Made by a program: the position numbers and the translations under genes. From positions 124,001 to 188,000 of the forward strand of contig NIVC01002079.1 in assembly GCA_002269645.1 (NCBI GenBank): 64,000 nucleotides of DNA, given 5' to 3'. Below are positions 47,174 through 61,164 of the stretch, piece by piece. Source of the stretch: Macrostomum lignano (Eukaryota). The notes under the pieces are model-generated. The model saw only the letters and a program-made list of their open reading frames with translations, searched no databases and was not told where the DNA came from. Within the stretch, counting starts at the first letter, position 1; every line of letters begins with the position of its first letter.

Positions 47174-48552
47174 TCACCTGTGCGCTACCAGTTGGGGGTG
47201 GAAATTTCCCCCAGAGGCGGCAGCGGCGGCGGCTGCGGCAGCGGCGGCAGCAGCGGCTGCTCCGCCACCCTGCGCCTGCGAGCAGGTGGCCATGTGCTGC
47301 GGCCAGTGCCTCTGCTGGCACTTGGCGTCGCAGTAGGACGTGTTCCAGCAGCAGTAAAAGAACGCCTCCTTGCTGCAGAACGCGCACCACTGTTTCCGCT
47401 TCACCTCCTCCAGCTGGCGTCTCGAGTCGGTCTCGAACGCCTGGCAGGCGGCGCTCAGCACGTTCTGTTTCTCGATGTCAAAGGCGGCCCGCAGCTCGCA
47501 CATGGCCAGGCGGTGGTTGTGCTCTAGCTCGCTGGCCTGCAGCTGGTGCAGGAACTGCAGGCGGGCCATCTCGGCCGCGTGCTGGCGCCGCTGCACAATC
47601 AGCTTCTGGCTAAGTTGGCTGGCTGACTGCCTCGCCTGCGAGTCTGCGACTGCTGCCACCTGCTGCGGCTTCCGCTCGGCCAGGTAAGACTCCACCGCGG
47701 CGGCGAATGTCTTGATGGCGTCGGCTTTCACCGCCTCCAGCCAGATGGCCGCTGTCTCCTTGCAGACTGCAGGCTGACTGGAGCTCGGCCGGCCGCCAGG
47801 AGCTCGCAGCAACTCGGCCGCCCGGTCCAGCAGGCGGCGATTCTCTTCAATGACGTCGGCTGCCTCGCCGCCCGCCCGCTGCAGCCGGTGGTGGCAGAGC
47901 AGGCGCAGGTCAGCCAGGAAGGCGGCCTCGGTGGCGAAGCCTCTGCTGGCGGCCTTCCTGCGCAGCGCCGACAGACTGGACGGACAGTCGGCGTCCTCGC
48001 CGTCCTCCAGCAGGTCCGCCCGGTTGTCGACTTCCCCGGCCAGCGAGTCCGCGACCGCCGTCAAAGTGTCGCTCAGGCGATCCAGCCTTCTCCGCGTCTC
48101 CTCCGGGCTGTCCGCCTCGCCCAGTTGAGCGGCCTCGGACTCCAGCAGAGCCTCGCACTCCGGACAGGCTGTCCGGCGGCGGTCCGGCCAGCACGGGCGA
48201 TGGTAGTGCCGGGGACAGGCCGGGCACTGGACACCGTCGGACACTGCCTGGCAGCAGCGGAAACAAAGCGGCTTCTCCGCCTCCTCGGCTGCCATTTCAC
48301 CGTTAATCATCAGCCGGGGTCGTTTGGCCGTCGGTGTCGGCGACTGAGGCGTGTTTCTCCCGTCGTCCGGGTCGTCCGCGAGCAGCAGAGCCGCCCGCCT
48401 CGGCGGCGCTTTCCTGCTGGCCCGCCGGCGGCCAATCGGCGGCTCAGCCGCGGCCTCCGCTGACTGTGCAGTCGCCTCCTCGTCTCGGTTCCCTTCGTGA
48501 TCTCCCTGATTTGAAGCTTTGGGCTCATCCTCAGTCGGATCGCGGTTAGGAT
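47174..48552 (-). CDS. ZMYND8: ZMYND8/ZMYND11-like protein (PHD-like, degenerate bromo-like, coiled coil, MYND finger), main exon
   Basis: KRKQWCAFCSKEAFFYCCWNTSYCDAKCQQRHWPQHMATC is a ZMYND8-type MYND; also LCFRC...CPACPRHYHRPC...CPEC and FATEAAFLADLRLLCHH. The frame is open upstream of ATG 48310 to an acceptor near 48552; a possible donor AG|gtgag lies near 47178. Ends uncertain. Confidence 0.75.
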
Positions 48553-48599
48553 CTGGGAGATTTTTTTAAAGAATTGGGAGCTTGCAATACGTGCCGACC

Positions 48600-49190
48600 T
48601 ATTGGGATTCCCTAAGATCGATTGGGATTCCCTCAGATCGATTGGGATTCCCTCAGATCAATTAGGATTCCCTCAGATCGATTGGGATTCCCTCAGATCG
48701 ATTGGGATTCCCTCAGATCGATTGGGATTCCCTCAGATCGATTGGGATTCCCTCAGATCGATTGGGATTCCCTCAGATCAATTAGGATTCCCTCAGATCG
48801 ATTGGGATTCCCTCAGATCAATTAGGATTCCCTCAGATCAATTAGGATTCCCTCAGATCAATTGGGATTCCCTCAGATCGATTGGGATTCCCTCAGATCG
48901 TTTGGGATTTCCTAATTTATCGGGATTCGCCAAGGTCTATTGGGGTTCCCTCAGATTGATTGGGATTCCCTCAGATCGACTGGGATTCCCTCAGATCGAT
49001 TGGGATTCCCTCAGATCGATTGGGATTCCCTCAGATCAATTGGGATTCCCTCAGATCGATTGGGATTCCCTCAGATCAATTGGGATTCCCTCACATCAAT
49101 TGGGATTCCGTCACATCAATTGGGGTTCCCTCAGATTTATTGGGATTCTCTGATCTATCGGGATTCGCCAAGGTCTATTGAGATTCTGAT
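48600..49190. repeat. 20-bp minisatellite (ATTGGGATTCCCTCAGATCG)n
   Basis: Visible array. Confidence 0.95.
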
Positions 49191-49403
49191 TCGGGTCTAT
49201 TGTGCTTCCCTTAGATCTTTAGAGATTAGCATGAAGTCTAATTCCCTCAGGTTTCTAGTTAATGAGGCTACAAGAGGACACGAAATGCTGCACATCGGCC
49301 CTGCCGGCCCACACACACTGTTGCTTACTCTCTAGTCTGAGACAACTGCCCGGTCCTCTGTCTTCTCTCCCCCTCTCCGTCCTTGCATCTCCATCCCCCT
49401 TCG

Positions 49404-49779
49404 GTTGCCATTGGCAACAGTGATACGCTGCCATCCAGCCCGGAACACAACAACTCAGCAAAGCTGGGCCGTTGCCATGGTGACTGCTTAGGCTGAGAAT
49501 TATCCCCGCAGGTAAACAGGAAGAAAAAAACTGCCGTGCGTCGGTGGGGAGCTGATCCGCAGTCGAGAGAAGCGTTGAAGAGGCACGGGTGGGAAGGGAC
49601 AGAAGGGTTGGGGATCTGGGCAATGCTCTGACTGAGAAGGGGATGCGGATTCCGCGGGCCAGCCTATAAGAGAGCCGGCCGGCTTCCTGCAGCAGGTCCT
49701 GCAGTGTTTTGCTGCTGCCTGTGCGCGCCTCCTGTTCCCAGGGGGAGGGGCGCCAATTTGAACTTGTCTCCATGGTTAC
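49404..49779. promoter_or_regulatory. Cluster of three RFX X-box-like palindromes
   Basis: GTTGCCATTGGCAAC (49404), GTTGCCATGGTGAC (49471), GTCTCCATGGTTAC (49766); upstream of the ZMYND8-like gene. Confidence 0.35.
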
Positions 49780-49974
49780 TGCCCCCACAGTCTCCACCGA
49801 ACAATGGGGCTCCCGAGAATTGAGAGAGGTGGATAGAGGGTTGGGATGTACCTGACGGAGCTTATCCACACTTAGACTGTTGAATTAGATTATTAAGCTT
49901 AGGCGCTAATTTTTTAATTAGAGACTCGTGACGCCGCGCGCAGGCACAGTGCAGTGCAGAAGTTGAACGAAAGA

Positions 49975-52505
49975 AGAGAGATGCAAGCGATAAGGGAGAG
50001 AGACAAGCGATAAGGGAGAGAGACAAGCGATAAGGAAAAGAGACAAGCGATAAGGGAGAGGGACAAGCGATAAGGGAGAGGGACAAGCGATAAGGGAGAG
50101 GGAAAAGCGATAAGGGAGAGGGACAAGCGATAAGGAAAAGAGACAAGCGATAAGGGAGAGAGACAAGCGATAAGGAAGAGGGTCAGAGGGACAAGCGATA
50201 AGGAAAAGAGACAAGCGATAAGGGAGAGGGACAAGCGATAAGGGAGAGGGAAAAGCGATAAGGGAGAGGGACAAGCGATAAGGAAAAGAGACAAGCGATA
50301 AGGGAGAGAGACAAGCGATAAGGGAGAGGGTCAGAGGGACAAGCGATAAGGAAAAGAGACAAGCGATAAGGGAGACGGACAAGCAATAAGGGAGAGAGAC
50401 AAGCGATAAGGGAGAGGGTCAGAGGGACAAGCGATAAGGAAAAGAGACAAGCGATAAGGGAGAGAGACAAGCGATAAGGGAGAGGGTCAGAGGGACAAGC
50501 GATAAGGAAAAGAGACAAGCGATAAGGAAAAGAGACAAGCGATAAGGGAGAGAGACAAGCGATAAGGGAGAGGGTCAGAGGGACAAGCGATAAAGGAGAG
50601 GGACAAGCGATAAGGAAAAGAGACAAGCGATAAGGGAGAGGGTCAGAGGGACAAGCGATAAGGAAAAGAGACAAGCGATAAGGGAGAGGGACAAGCGATA
50701 AGGAAAAGAGACAAGCGATAAGGGAGAGGGACAAGCGATAAGGAAAAGAGACAAGCGATAAGGGAGAGGGTCAGAGGGACAAGCGATAAGGAAAAGAGAC
50801 AAGCGATAAAGGAGAGGGACAAGCGATAAGGAAAAGAGACAAGCGATAAGGGAGAGGGTCAGAGGGACAAGCGATAAGGAAAAGAGACAAGCGATAAGGG
50901 AGAGGGTCAGAGGGACAAGCGATAAGGAAAAGAGACAAGCGATAAAGGAGAGGGACAAGCGATAAGGAAAAGAGACAAGCGATAAGGGAGAGGGTCAGAG
51001 GGACAAGCGATAAGGAAAAGAGACAAGCGATAAGGGAGAGGGACAAGCGATAAGGAAAAGAGACAAGCGATAAGGGAGAGGGAAAAGCGATAAGGGAGAG
51101 AGACAAGCGATAAGGGAGAGGGTCAGAGGGACAAGCGATAAGGAAAAGAGACAAGCGATAAAGGAGAGGGACAAGCGATAAGGAAAAGAGACAAGCGATA
51201 AGGGAGAGGGTCAGAGGGACAAGCGATAAGGAAAAGAGACAAGCGATAAGGGAGAGGGACAAGCGATAAGGAAAAGAGACAAGCGATAAGGGAGAGGGAA
51301 AAGCGATAAGGGAGAGAGACAAGCGATAAGGGAGAGAGACAAGCGATAAGGGAGAGGGTCAGAGGGACAAGCGATAAGGAAAAGAGACAAGCGATAAAGG
51401 AGAGGGACAAGCGATAAGGAAAAGAGACAAGCGATAAGGGAGAGGGTCAGAGGGACAAGCGATAAGGAAAATAGACAAGCGATAAGGGAGAGGGACAAGC
51501 GATAAGGAAAAGAGACAAGCGATAAGGGAGACGGACAAGCGATAAAGGAGAGGGACAAGCGATAAGGGAGAGAGACAAGCGATAAGGGAGAGGGACAAGC
51601 GATAAGGGAGAGGGACAAGCGATAAGGGAGAGGGACAAGCGATAAGGGAGAGAGACAAGCGATAAGGAAAAGAGACAAGCGATAAGGGAGACGGACAAGC
51701 GATAAAGGAGAGGGACAAGCGATAAGGGAGAGAGACAAGCGATAAGGGAGAGAGACAAGCGATAAGGGAGAGAGACAAGCGATAAGGGAGAGGGACAAGC
51801 GATAAGGGAGAGGGACAAGCGATAAGGGAGAGAGACAAGCGATAAGGAAAAGAGACAAGCGATAAGGGAGACGGACAAGCGATAAAGGAGAGGGACAAGC
51901 GATAAGGAAAAGAGACAAGCGATAAGGGAGAGAGACAAGCGATAAGGGAGACGGACAAGCGATAAAGGAGAGGGACAAGCGATAAGGAAAAGAGACAAGC
52001 GATAAGGGAGAGGGACAAGCGATAAGGGAGAGGGACAAGCGATAAGGGAGAGAGACAAGCGATAAGGAAAAGAGACAAGCGATAAGGGAGACGGACAAGC
52101 GATAAAGGAGAGGGACAAGCGATAAGGGAGAGAGACAAGCGATAAGGGAGAGAGACAAGCGATAAGGGAGAGACAAGCGATAAGGGAGAGGGACAAGCGA
52201 TAAGGGAGAGGGACAAGCGATAAGGGAGAGAGACAAGCGATAAGGAAAAGAGACAAGCGATAAGGGAGACGGACAAGCGATAAAGGAGAGGGACAAGCGA
52301 TAAGGAAGAGAGACAATCGATAAGGGAGAGAGACAAGCGATAAAGGAGAGGGACAAGCGATAAGGAAAAGAGACAAGCGATAAGGGAGAGGGTCAGAGGG
52401 ACAAGCGATAAGGGAGAGAGACAAGCGATAAGGGAGAGGGTCAGAGGGACAAGCGATAAGGAAAAGAGACAAGCGATAAGGGAGAGGGACAAGCGATAAG
52501 GGAGA
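49975..52505. repeat. 2.5-kb purine-rich 20/28-bp minisatellite (GACAAGCGATAAGGGAGAGG)n
   Basis: Visible array with several variant units. Confidence 0.95.
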
Positions 52506-52924
52506 GGGGTCAATGAGATATGCAGGGCTACAAGACAAGATATTGGTCAAGCAATAATGACAGCGATAAGCAGAAAGACAGTGCAGACTGCAGACACTCG
52601 GGTCTTTCAAGTTTGCTTCTTGAAAAAAACACGCAGCAGCTTTGCCGGGGGGGGGGGCAGCGCCGGCGGATTTTTTTCAGCTGCTCAGCGCCTGAATTTG
52701 GGATCTTGGAAGAAAAGTGGGAGATCGATATTGGAATTGAGAGGGAGAGAACGGGAGGGGGCAGTTTTGGCTACCACAGCGTTTCGCCGCCCTCAAGTAA
52801 GAGTGCGAGTATTGCAGGAATCGAACCCAGTTGGAGGATAGGTATTATGCCTCCGGCTGAGAGCTGCGAGGTCACTTCAGGTCAATAGGGATATATCTCT
52901 GCAGGATAAACGAGCACTCAGAGC

Positions 52925-53370
52925 CACGCTGAGAATCTCACCCATGAGAACCAACCTAAGAATCTCACCCATGAGAACCAACCCTGAGAATCTCACCCAT
53001 GAGAGCCAACCCTGAGAATCTCACCCATGAGAGCCAACCCTGAGAATCTCACCCATGAGAGCCAACCCTGAGAATCTCACCCATGAGAACCAACCTAAGA
53101 ATCTCACCCATGAGAGCCAACCCTGAGAAGCTCACCCATGAGAGCCAACCCTGAGAATCTCACCCATGAGAACCAACCTAAGAATCTCACCCATGAGAAC
53201 CAACCTGAGAATCTCACCCATCAGAATCAACCCTGAGAATCTCACCCATGAGAACCAACCTGAGAATCTCACCCATGAGAACCAACCTGAGAATCTCACC
53301 CATCAGAATCAACCCTGAGAATCTCACCCATGAGAACCAACCTGAGAATCTCACCCATGAGAACCAACCT
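52925..53370. repeat. 27/28-bp minisatellite (GAGAATCTCACCCATGAGAACCAACC(C)T)n
   Basis: Visible array. Confidence 0.95.
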
Positions 53371-54422
53371 GAGAATCATTTCGCAAATTTCACAAAACTT
53401 CAAAACTTCAAATTTCACTCACTATCGGAGTCCATCCTATCCAGCAGCTGGTTCTGTTGCCTGTCCTGTCTGTGATGCAGAGGCGGAGGCTGGGTGGCCA
53501 CAGCCGCCATTCGGTATTGAGTCGGGTTTAAAAGCGAGCTTTTTTAAAAAAGGCTTTCTTAAAAGCAACAATTCTCAGCGTCGTAAAACTACTGAGCAGA
53601 GAGCTCAAACAAGGCTCAAAGCCAGCCCGATTCTGTCTGTTTGCGTTGTCTCTTTGCGGGCCCGCACTCTAATGCTCTCCGAGAGTCAAATCTGCCAAGC
53701 TTGTGGCCAAGTTTAATAAACTCGTGAGGGGGGGCGCGTTTGTTGACAGGCTCGGTGTGGGGGGTGACGCGAAGGACCCGCCGGGCTCACAACACAACAA
53801 TTCAGCAATATGCGAGTCGAGAGAGAGAGAGAGAGAGAGGTTTGAGTCTTGAGCCGTCCAGGCCAGAGCAAGGCTGGGGAGCTCATGCAGGTTGGCCGGC
53901 CAGCTATAAACTGACAGTAAAGAGGGCGGAGGTTGGCGCGCAACGCCGCAGCCAACCAGCAGAGGCTGAGCTCCGCCCAGCACCCTCTTGGCGGACTATC
54001 TGGCTGCCCTGGCAACAGGTAAACACTCGGACTGGTTGCCACTGGCAACTCTGGGAGTAGGTGGGGGTTGCTGCTGTGGGCGGGGTGAGGGGCTGGCTGG
54101 GGCTTGTTCTTGCATTGCCTCTAAATAGTCTCTCTTTCTTTCTTCCCCTTCTTTTAGAAGCGTATTTCACCTGAGTAGCGCGAAGCCACGCCCGTTCATG
54201 GCCCAGTGCTGTCTGCCCCCCCCACCCTCTGCCCCCTCTGGAACGGCAGCTGCTGCGCACATCTAGCTGGTGATGGCTTTTATTTCTCTTGCTGAAGCTG
54301 CTCAACTCATGCAGAGTCGGAGAGAAGAGATGACGCAGCTAAATGGGCAGGTTTTTGTTCGTTTCTATTTTTCTCCAATGTGATGTAACTGCAGCCTAGG
54401 CAGCCGAGGGTGCGTGTGGCTT

Positions 54423-54436
54423 GTTGCTATGGAAAC
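54423..54436. promoter_or_regulatory. RFX X-box consensus match GTTGCTATGGAAAC
   Basis: Fits GTHNYYATRRNAAC; target gene unknown. Confidence 0.35.
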
Positions 54437-54593
54437 CGGATTAACACCAACCCCTCTTATAGCTACGATGGCTGCAGAGGTATTGAGGGACATGAGGGCC
54501 TCTGTTTAGCTGGGGTGACTCAGCGCGTCTTTTGCATTTGGAAGCCTTCCCGCCTTGTTGCTGAGAGACATGCAGTCAAACTGCTTTGATCAA

Positions 54594-55476
<883 letters not shown>

Positions 55477-56119
55477 TAAGATTTATAATGTGAAATCTTT
55501 AATCTCAATGCTGTGCTCCTTTATGCCAAAATTGCAATTTCACTCAATTTATTACTTTATCTGCTACCTTCAGAAATTCGGAAATAAAAGCGTGGAAACT
55601 ATTTTATTCGCTATTAACTATTCCATATACTCGTATTTTCTTATATTTCTACTGCAAGTAGACTCGTGCGAGTAAGCGCGCGCTGATGTTTTCCTACCGG
55701 AGCAGCAGTCGGGCCTGAATATCAATATCAGTTGAACCCTCTTGCCCGCCTGCAAGAGTCTAGAAGCGGACTTAACAGACCGCTTATCAATAGGGAAGGG
55801 AAAGATGCTGCCTCACTAATCCAAGAAACTGCACCCCTCCCCCCGATTAACTCACTATCCCCGGTCTGGCAGGCAGAATGCCTTCAGCAGCTTAAAACTA
55901 GTTCTGCTCGCGCATGCCTCCTGTGAAACAGATGGCGCAGATTTCATTAAACCAACTGAAACTTTATAGCGGGTATTTAGTTAGGGCCTCGAGTACTTCA
56001 GCTCAACACTTCCGACTTCGAACTACGCGTCACACAAGAGTGCGCTCTACGGATCTGAATAGAGTGGGGACTTAAGGAAAGCAAGGTTTTATTTTGTCAT
56101 GAAACCCATTTGAAAGGGG

Positions 56120-57312
56120 CGCCATGAGGAGTGTCGCAGGGGGCGCCATGAGGAGTGTCGCAGGGGGCGCATTGAGGAGTGTCGCGGGGGGCGCATTGAG
56201 GAGTGTCGCGGGGGGCGCATTGAGGAGTGTCGCGGGGGGCGCATTGAGGAGTGTCGGTGCGCATTGAGGAGTGTCGCAGGGGGCGCATTGAGGAGTGTCG
56301 GTGCGCATTGAGGAGTGTCGGTGCGCATTGAGGAGTGTCGGTGCGCATTGAGGAGTGTCGGTGCGCATTGAGGAGTGTCGGTGCGCATTGAGGAGTGTCG
56401 CAGGGGGCGCATTGAGGAGTGTCGGTGCGCATTGAGGAGTGTCGCAGGGGGCGCATTGAGGAGTGTCGGTGCGCATTGAGGAGTGTCGCAGGGGGCGCAT
56501 TGAGGAGTGTCGGTGCGCATTGAGGAGTGTCGCAGGGGGCGCATTGAGGAGTGTCGGTGCGCATTGAGGAGTGTCGCAGGGGGCGCATTGAGGAGTGTCG
56601 CAGGGTGCGCATTGAGGAGTGTCGCAGGGGGCGCATTGAGGAGTGTCGCAGGGGGCGCATTGAGGAGTGTCGGTGCGCATTGAGGAGTGTCGGTGCGCAT
56701 TGAGGAGTGTCGCAGGGGGTGCATTGAGGAGTGTCGGTGCGCATTGAGGAGTGTCGCAGGGGGCGCATTGAGGAGTGTCGGTGCGCATTGAGGAGTGTCG
56801 GTGCGCATTGAGGAGTGTCGCAGGGGGTGCATTGAGGAGTGTCGGTGCGCATTGAGGAGTGTCGCAGGGGGCGCATTGAGGAGTGTCGGTGCGCATTGAG
56901 GAGTGTCGCAGGGGGCGCATTGAGGAGTGTCGCAGGGTGCGCATTGAGGAGTGTCGCAGGGGGCGCATTGAGGAGTGTCGGTGCGCATTGAGGAGTGTCG
57001 GTGCGCATTGAGGAGTGTCGCAGGGGGGCGCATTGAGGAGTGTCGGTGCGCATTGAGGAGTGTCGGTGCGCATTGAGGAGTGTCGCAGGGGGCGCATTGA
57101 GGAGTGTCGCAGGGGGCGCATTGAGGAGTGTCGGTGCGCATTGAGGAGTGTCGGTGCGCATTGAGGAGTGTCGGTGCGCATTGAGGAGTGTCGGTGCGCA
57201 TTGAGGAGTGTCGGTGCGCATTGAGGAGTGTCGGTGCGCATTGAGGAGTGTCGGTGCGCATTGAGGAGTGTCGGTGCGCATTGAGGAGTGTCGGTGCGCA
57301 TTGAGGAGTGTC
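56120..57312. repeat. 20/24-bp minisatellite (GCGCATTGAGGAGTGTCGGT / ...TCGCAGGGG)n
   Basis: Visible array of two interleaved unit lengths. Confidence 0.95.
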
Positions 57313-58406
57313 GGGGTGCCACGAGGAGGTTGCGGTGCTTTCACCTAAGATCACCTGAGAGGACCCTAAGATCAGTAAGCGCCCCAAAGAAGGCTTTCGC
57401 GATTGAGCCGTCAGATTCAATATCAGAGGGACATTATAAGTGCTGAGCACTGAGCCAAAACTACTGCTTTCAAGCAGACTTAATAGCACACCCAGCAGAC
57501 AGGCCGAATTAATATTACAGTTTTCCTCCTCCGGGGAAGTCCAGGGGTTGGGCGAGAAAGTTGCTCCCCCATACAAATCAATATTAGAATTTGCATAATA
57601 ACGAAATTGTTCACGGGGAGGGGGTAGGCGGTTCAGACAGGACGCCTTGCCGTGGAAATGAACCGGTCTCTCTGTTCCCTCGCGTCGCTCTAGCCTCTTC
57701 TCTCCTTCTCTCGTATTAAGTTTTTCTTTTCAAGTTTGAAAGCAGATATGCAGGGGACACGCATTGCTTTCATATAGCTTAATCACTTATTTTGCCGGGG
57801 CAGAGGTAGGCGTGTGCATTGTTCTTACGTATGCTTTTGTCCGGCTGCCGGATTGGGCCTCTGGCAAAATTCCCTGCTTCTAGAAGGAGAGCGGCAAGCA
57901 GAGCAGTGACTTTTCTCCAGCTCTGCGGCGGGGGGGGGGTGCGGCACCCCTCCTGATATCTTCAGCGCGAAACCACTTCACTTCCCGTCCTTCCCCCTTA
58001 CACACCGACTCCCCCCGATCCCGCCCCCACTCCTCCCCATTCGTTGCCCTCCGCCACCCCCTCGCCGCTGCACAGGCAGAAACAACTCACGTACTGAGCA
58101 TGCGGCAGCACCGACTGGGTGCCTCTCCTCATGCCTTAGAGACAGACAGAAAAGAGCGAGTTTAGTGAGACCGACAGGCGGACAAGCAGATACAGACAGG
58201 CAGACAGGGCAGTTAGACAGACTGTAAAGACAGCCTTAACCGGAAGGTCACATCGAGAGCGTGTATCGATATAGTGTGTGTGTTGCTTTTAGTGTGTCCG
58301 CATGGATTATAGGCTCACGCTTAAGCACCTCTAGCCTAGCCTAGTAAACAAGACATAATTCTATTTGCTATTGAGATCCCATATCCCCCAAATCAGCTAC
58401 ATATGA

Positions 58407-58877
<471 letters not shown>

Positions 58878-59244
58878 TAGAAACGTTGGAGACAGCTGGT
58901 GTCTTTTGAGTATCCGTGGTGTCCGAATCTCCCGTTGCGACCCCTTGACTTGACTTAGCTGCAGGGGGCTCCGTGCGTCCGGAAACAGCGAGGAGGCGTT
59001 GCCGCCCATTTCGCTAGCCCCTGGCGACCACGGGCAGCTGGGGCTCCATAAGTCGCTGAAAGGCGAGTGGGGGCTAAAGGTGAGAAGCAGCTGGGCTGGA
59101 ACCCCAAACCCAACAGCCAGGCCAAGAGGTAGCGACCGGGGGTGGCTTAAGCCCTTACCGGCCCGACCGCTAGCAACTGAGACACTCCCCGGCTAAGAGC
59201 CCGGCTTGAAAAAACCAGAGGCCGAACCAAAGGTCCATCAGAAG

Positions 59245-59470
59245 GGGCCGTAGCCCAGCGGTCTAGCGCAGGCTCTGGTGTGCCAGCGACCCAGGCTCGA
59301 TTCCAAGTGCAGTCACATTAATTTGGGGCTGAATTGGAATCTCGGCTTGGCTCTGCTCGTGCAATTAACGGCCTTGAGAGCCACCCCCCAAGGCGCAGTG
59401 AAGTGTACATGCCTAACGATAATATAAAGTTAGGGCCGCTGTACACTCCTCCTGTGTGAGTGTGTGCCTG
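59245..59470 (+). mobile_element. Second tRNA-derived SINE-like element
   Basis: A-box-like TAGCCCAGCGG and B-box-like GGCTCGATTCC; its 3' part recurs inverted at about 60345-60430. Confidence 0.45.
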
Positions 59471-60051
59471 CGTACGTATCCGCGCGCTTGTGTGCCTGCT
59501 CAGGGGAGTCGGCGGAATGGGCACTAATGCCTCTCGCCGGTTGTGTGCCTATGTCGCTTAAAGTGCGCCAGGGTGCACACAACCCCCCTGCCTCTAATAA
59601 AAAAATAAAAGGTCCATCAGCGCGGTGCTACACTGGGCCCTTGAAGGAAGCAGGAGGACTGCCTCCGGAGCCTGCGGACTAGCCGCATACCCAAAACGGT
59701 AGAGACAGAAGCCAAGGCCACGGATGGGTTGCCGCCGCCGGAGCCCAGTCAGTCCAGCAGCCCTAGAGCTGCCTTGAGCACATGCGGGGCGTGAACCCCT
59801 GGGTCTGCTTGTGAGTCAGCTTGGAGAGAGTTCTCCTGCCATTCCTGCACCAGAATAGAGGGGGTGCAGGTGTGTAGGATCGCAGACCTTAGCTCGTACC
59901 AGTAAGCCTGGTCTGCCTCATGCTACACAGGCGTGCTGAACTCACCATTGCATGTCGATGCGGCCCCTGGTTTGATTGCGTGTGCGGCCAGGTGGGTTGC
60001 CGTGCGGGTCAGCCTCAGGGAGTGTACCTGCCTGATGATGCCTGGTTTGTA

Positions 60052-60320
60052 GGTAGCCTAGTGGTCAGAGCGTCGGCTTCACGACTCAAAGGTCGGGAGT
60101 TCGATTCTCGACCGAACTCGTAACAATTTGTGTCCTTGAGCAAGACACTTAACTCTGCGTTCAGTTCACCCAGCTGTAAAATGGGTGCCAGCATTAGCTG
60201 GGGCAATTGAGGGTGTGTGAGGACCCCCAGTCCTTGGACTGAACAGCCGTGCGCAGCCTTCAGATGCGCCGCGCAATAGCTGCGGCTGAGCTGTCGGTTG
60301 CACATCTGCCTATTAGGGCC
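60052..60320 (+). mobile_element. Intact tRNA-derived SINE with a CORE-like central domain
   Basis: A box TAGCCTAGTGG and B box AGTTCGATTC, then tgtgtccttgagcaagacacttaactct...cagctgtaaaatggg resembling the CORE-SINE domain. Copies at 9449 and 24402. Confidence 0.8.
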
Positions 60321-61164
60321 AATACTGTACACGGGCACAGCACTCGTACACACACACACACGCTCACACAGGGTGTACAGCAGCCCTGACTTTCTAATCG
60401 TCCGGCATGTACACTGTCTGTGCCTGGGGCTTTGGCATCGGTGCTTTAAAATTTTCTTTGAGTTGATTGATTTGTGCGCAAACCAAAAAATGCACTCAAC
60501 TCAGAGCCAAAAATATGTAGAGCTCTGATGAAGGCCTCACTGCTGCCCGCTACGGCTGATGAAAACCTCAGATTGCTGCTTTTTTGTCTTCAATTTCAAC
60601 TGCAGAGCCCTGCGAGCGCTAGGGATGGCCTATGGGGAGATTTATCCCTCGCTGCCCATAATGGACTGTAATGAGCATAACAGGATCTCCCTGATTGCGT
60701 GACGGCAGAAAGGAGACGACGGCGGGAGAAGGGACGGCCAGACTTCAGCAGTCGCCTAATCGAGGTTTTAGAAGAGATGGGAGATAGCCAGGCTCAGGGG
60801 GGGGGTCAATTAATTTGCTCGCCTGGGATCAGGCGGGGAAGGGAGAATAGCGGCCGGGGGTAACCGGAGGAGGGAGGCAGGGGAAGCCAGAGCAGTCCGA
60901 GAAGCTAAACTGGGAGAAAAATCCTCATTTCAAACGAACACTGGCCGTGTTTTATTTCGCCGCTTTTCTGAACGACAAAGAGAAAGGCGCGTTAAATTTT
61001 AAATCTTTGCCGCGGCACGGGAATTCCAGGGACTCGGCCGGTGCCTTGAAAAAAAGGGATCTTATTGGGATGACGAAAGCGTTATTGATTGTGAGATGGG
61101 ACGAGTCAGGTGGTCGTTGCAGTAAGAAAATTGGCTTTTATTGCATCCGAGGGTACAGATAAAA

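Noticed and set aside
49255-49869. 204-aa minus-strand ORF upstream of the ZMYND8-like exon
   Set aside because: TTG start, no recognisable domain and no clear splice connection.
58950-59220. GC-rich segment reminiscent of a non-LTR retrotransposon UTR
   Set aside because: No second copy, ORF or terminal structure in the window supports it.
60520-60575. CTGATGA motifs suggesting a hammerhead ribozyme (also near 290, 716 and 12410)
   Set aside because: No matching stem II followed by GAAA could be assembled.
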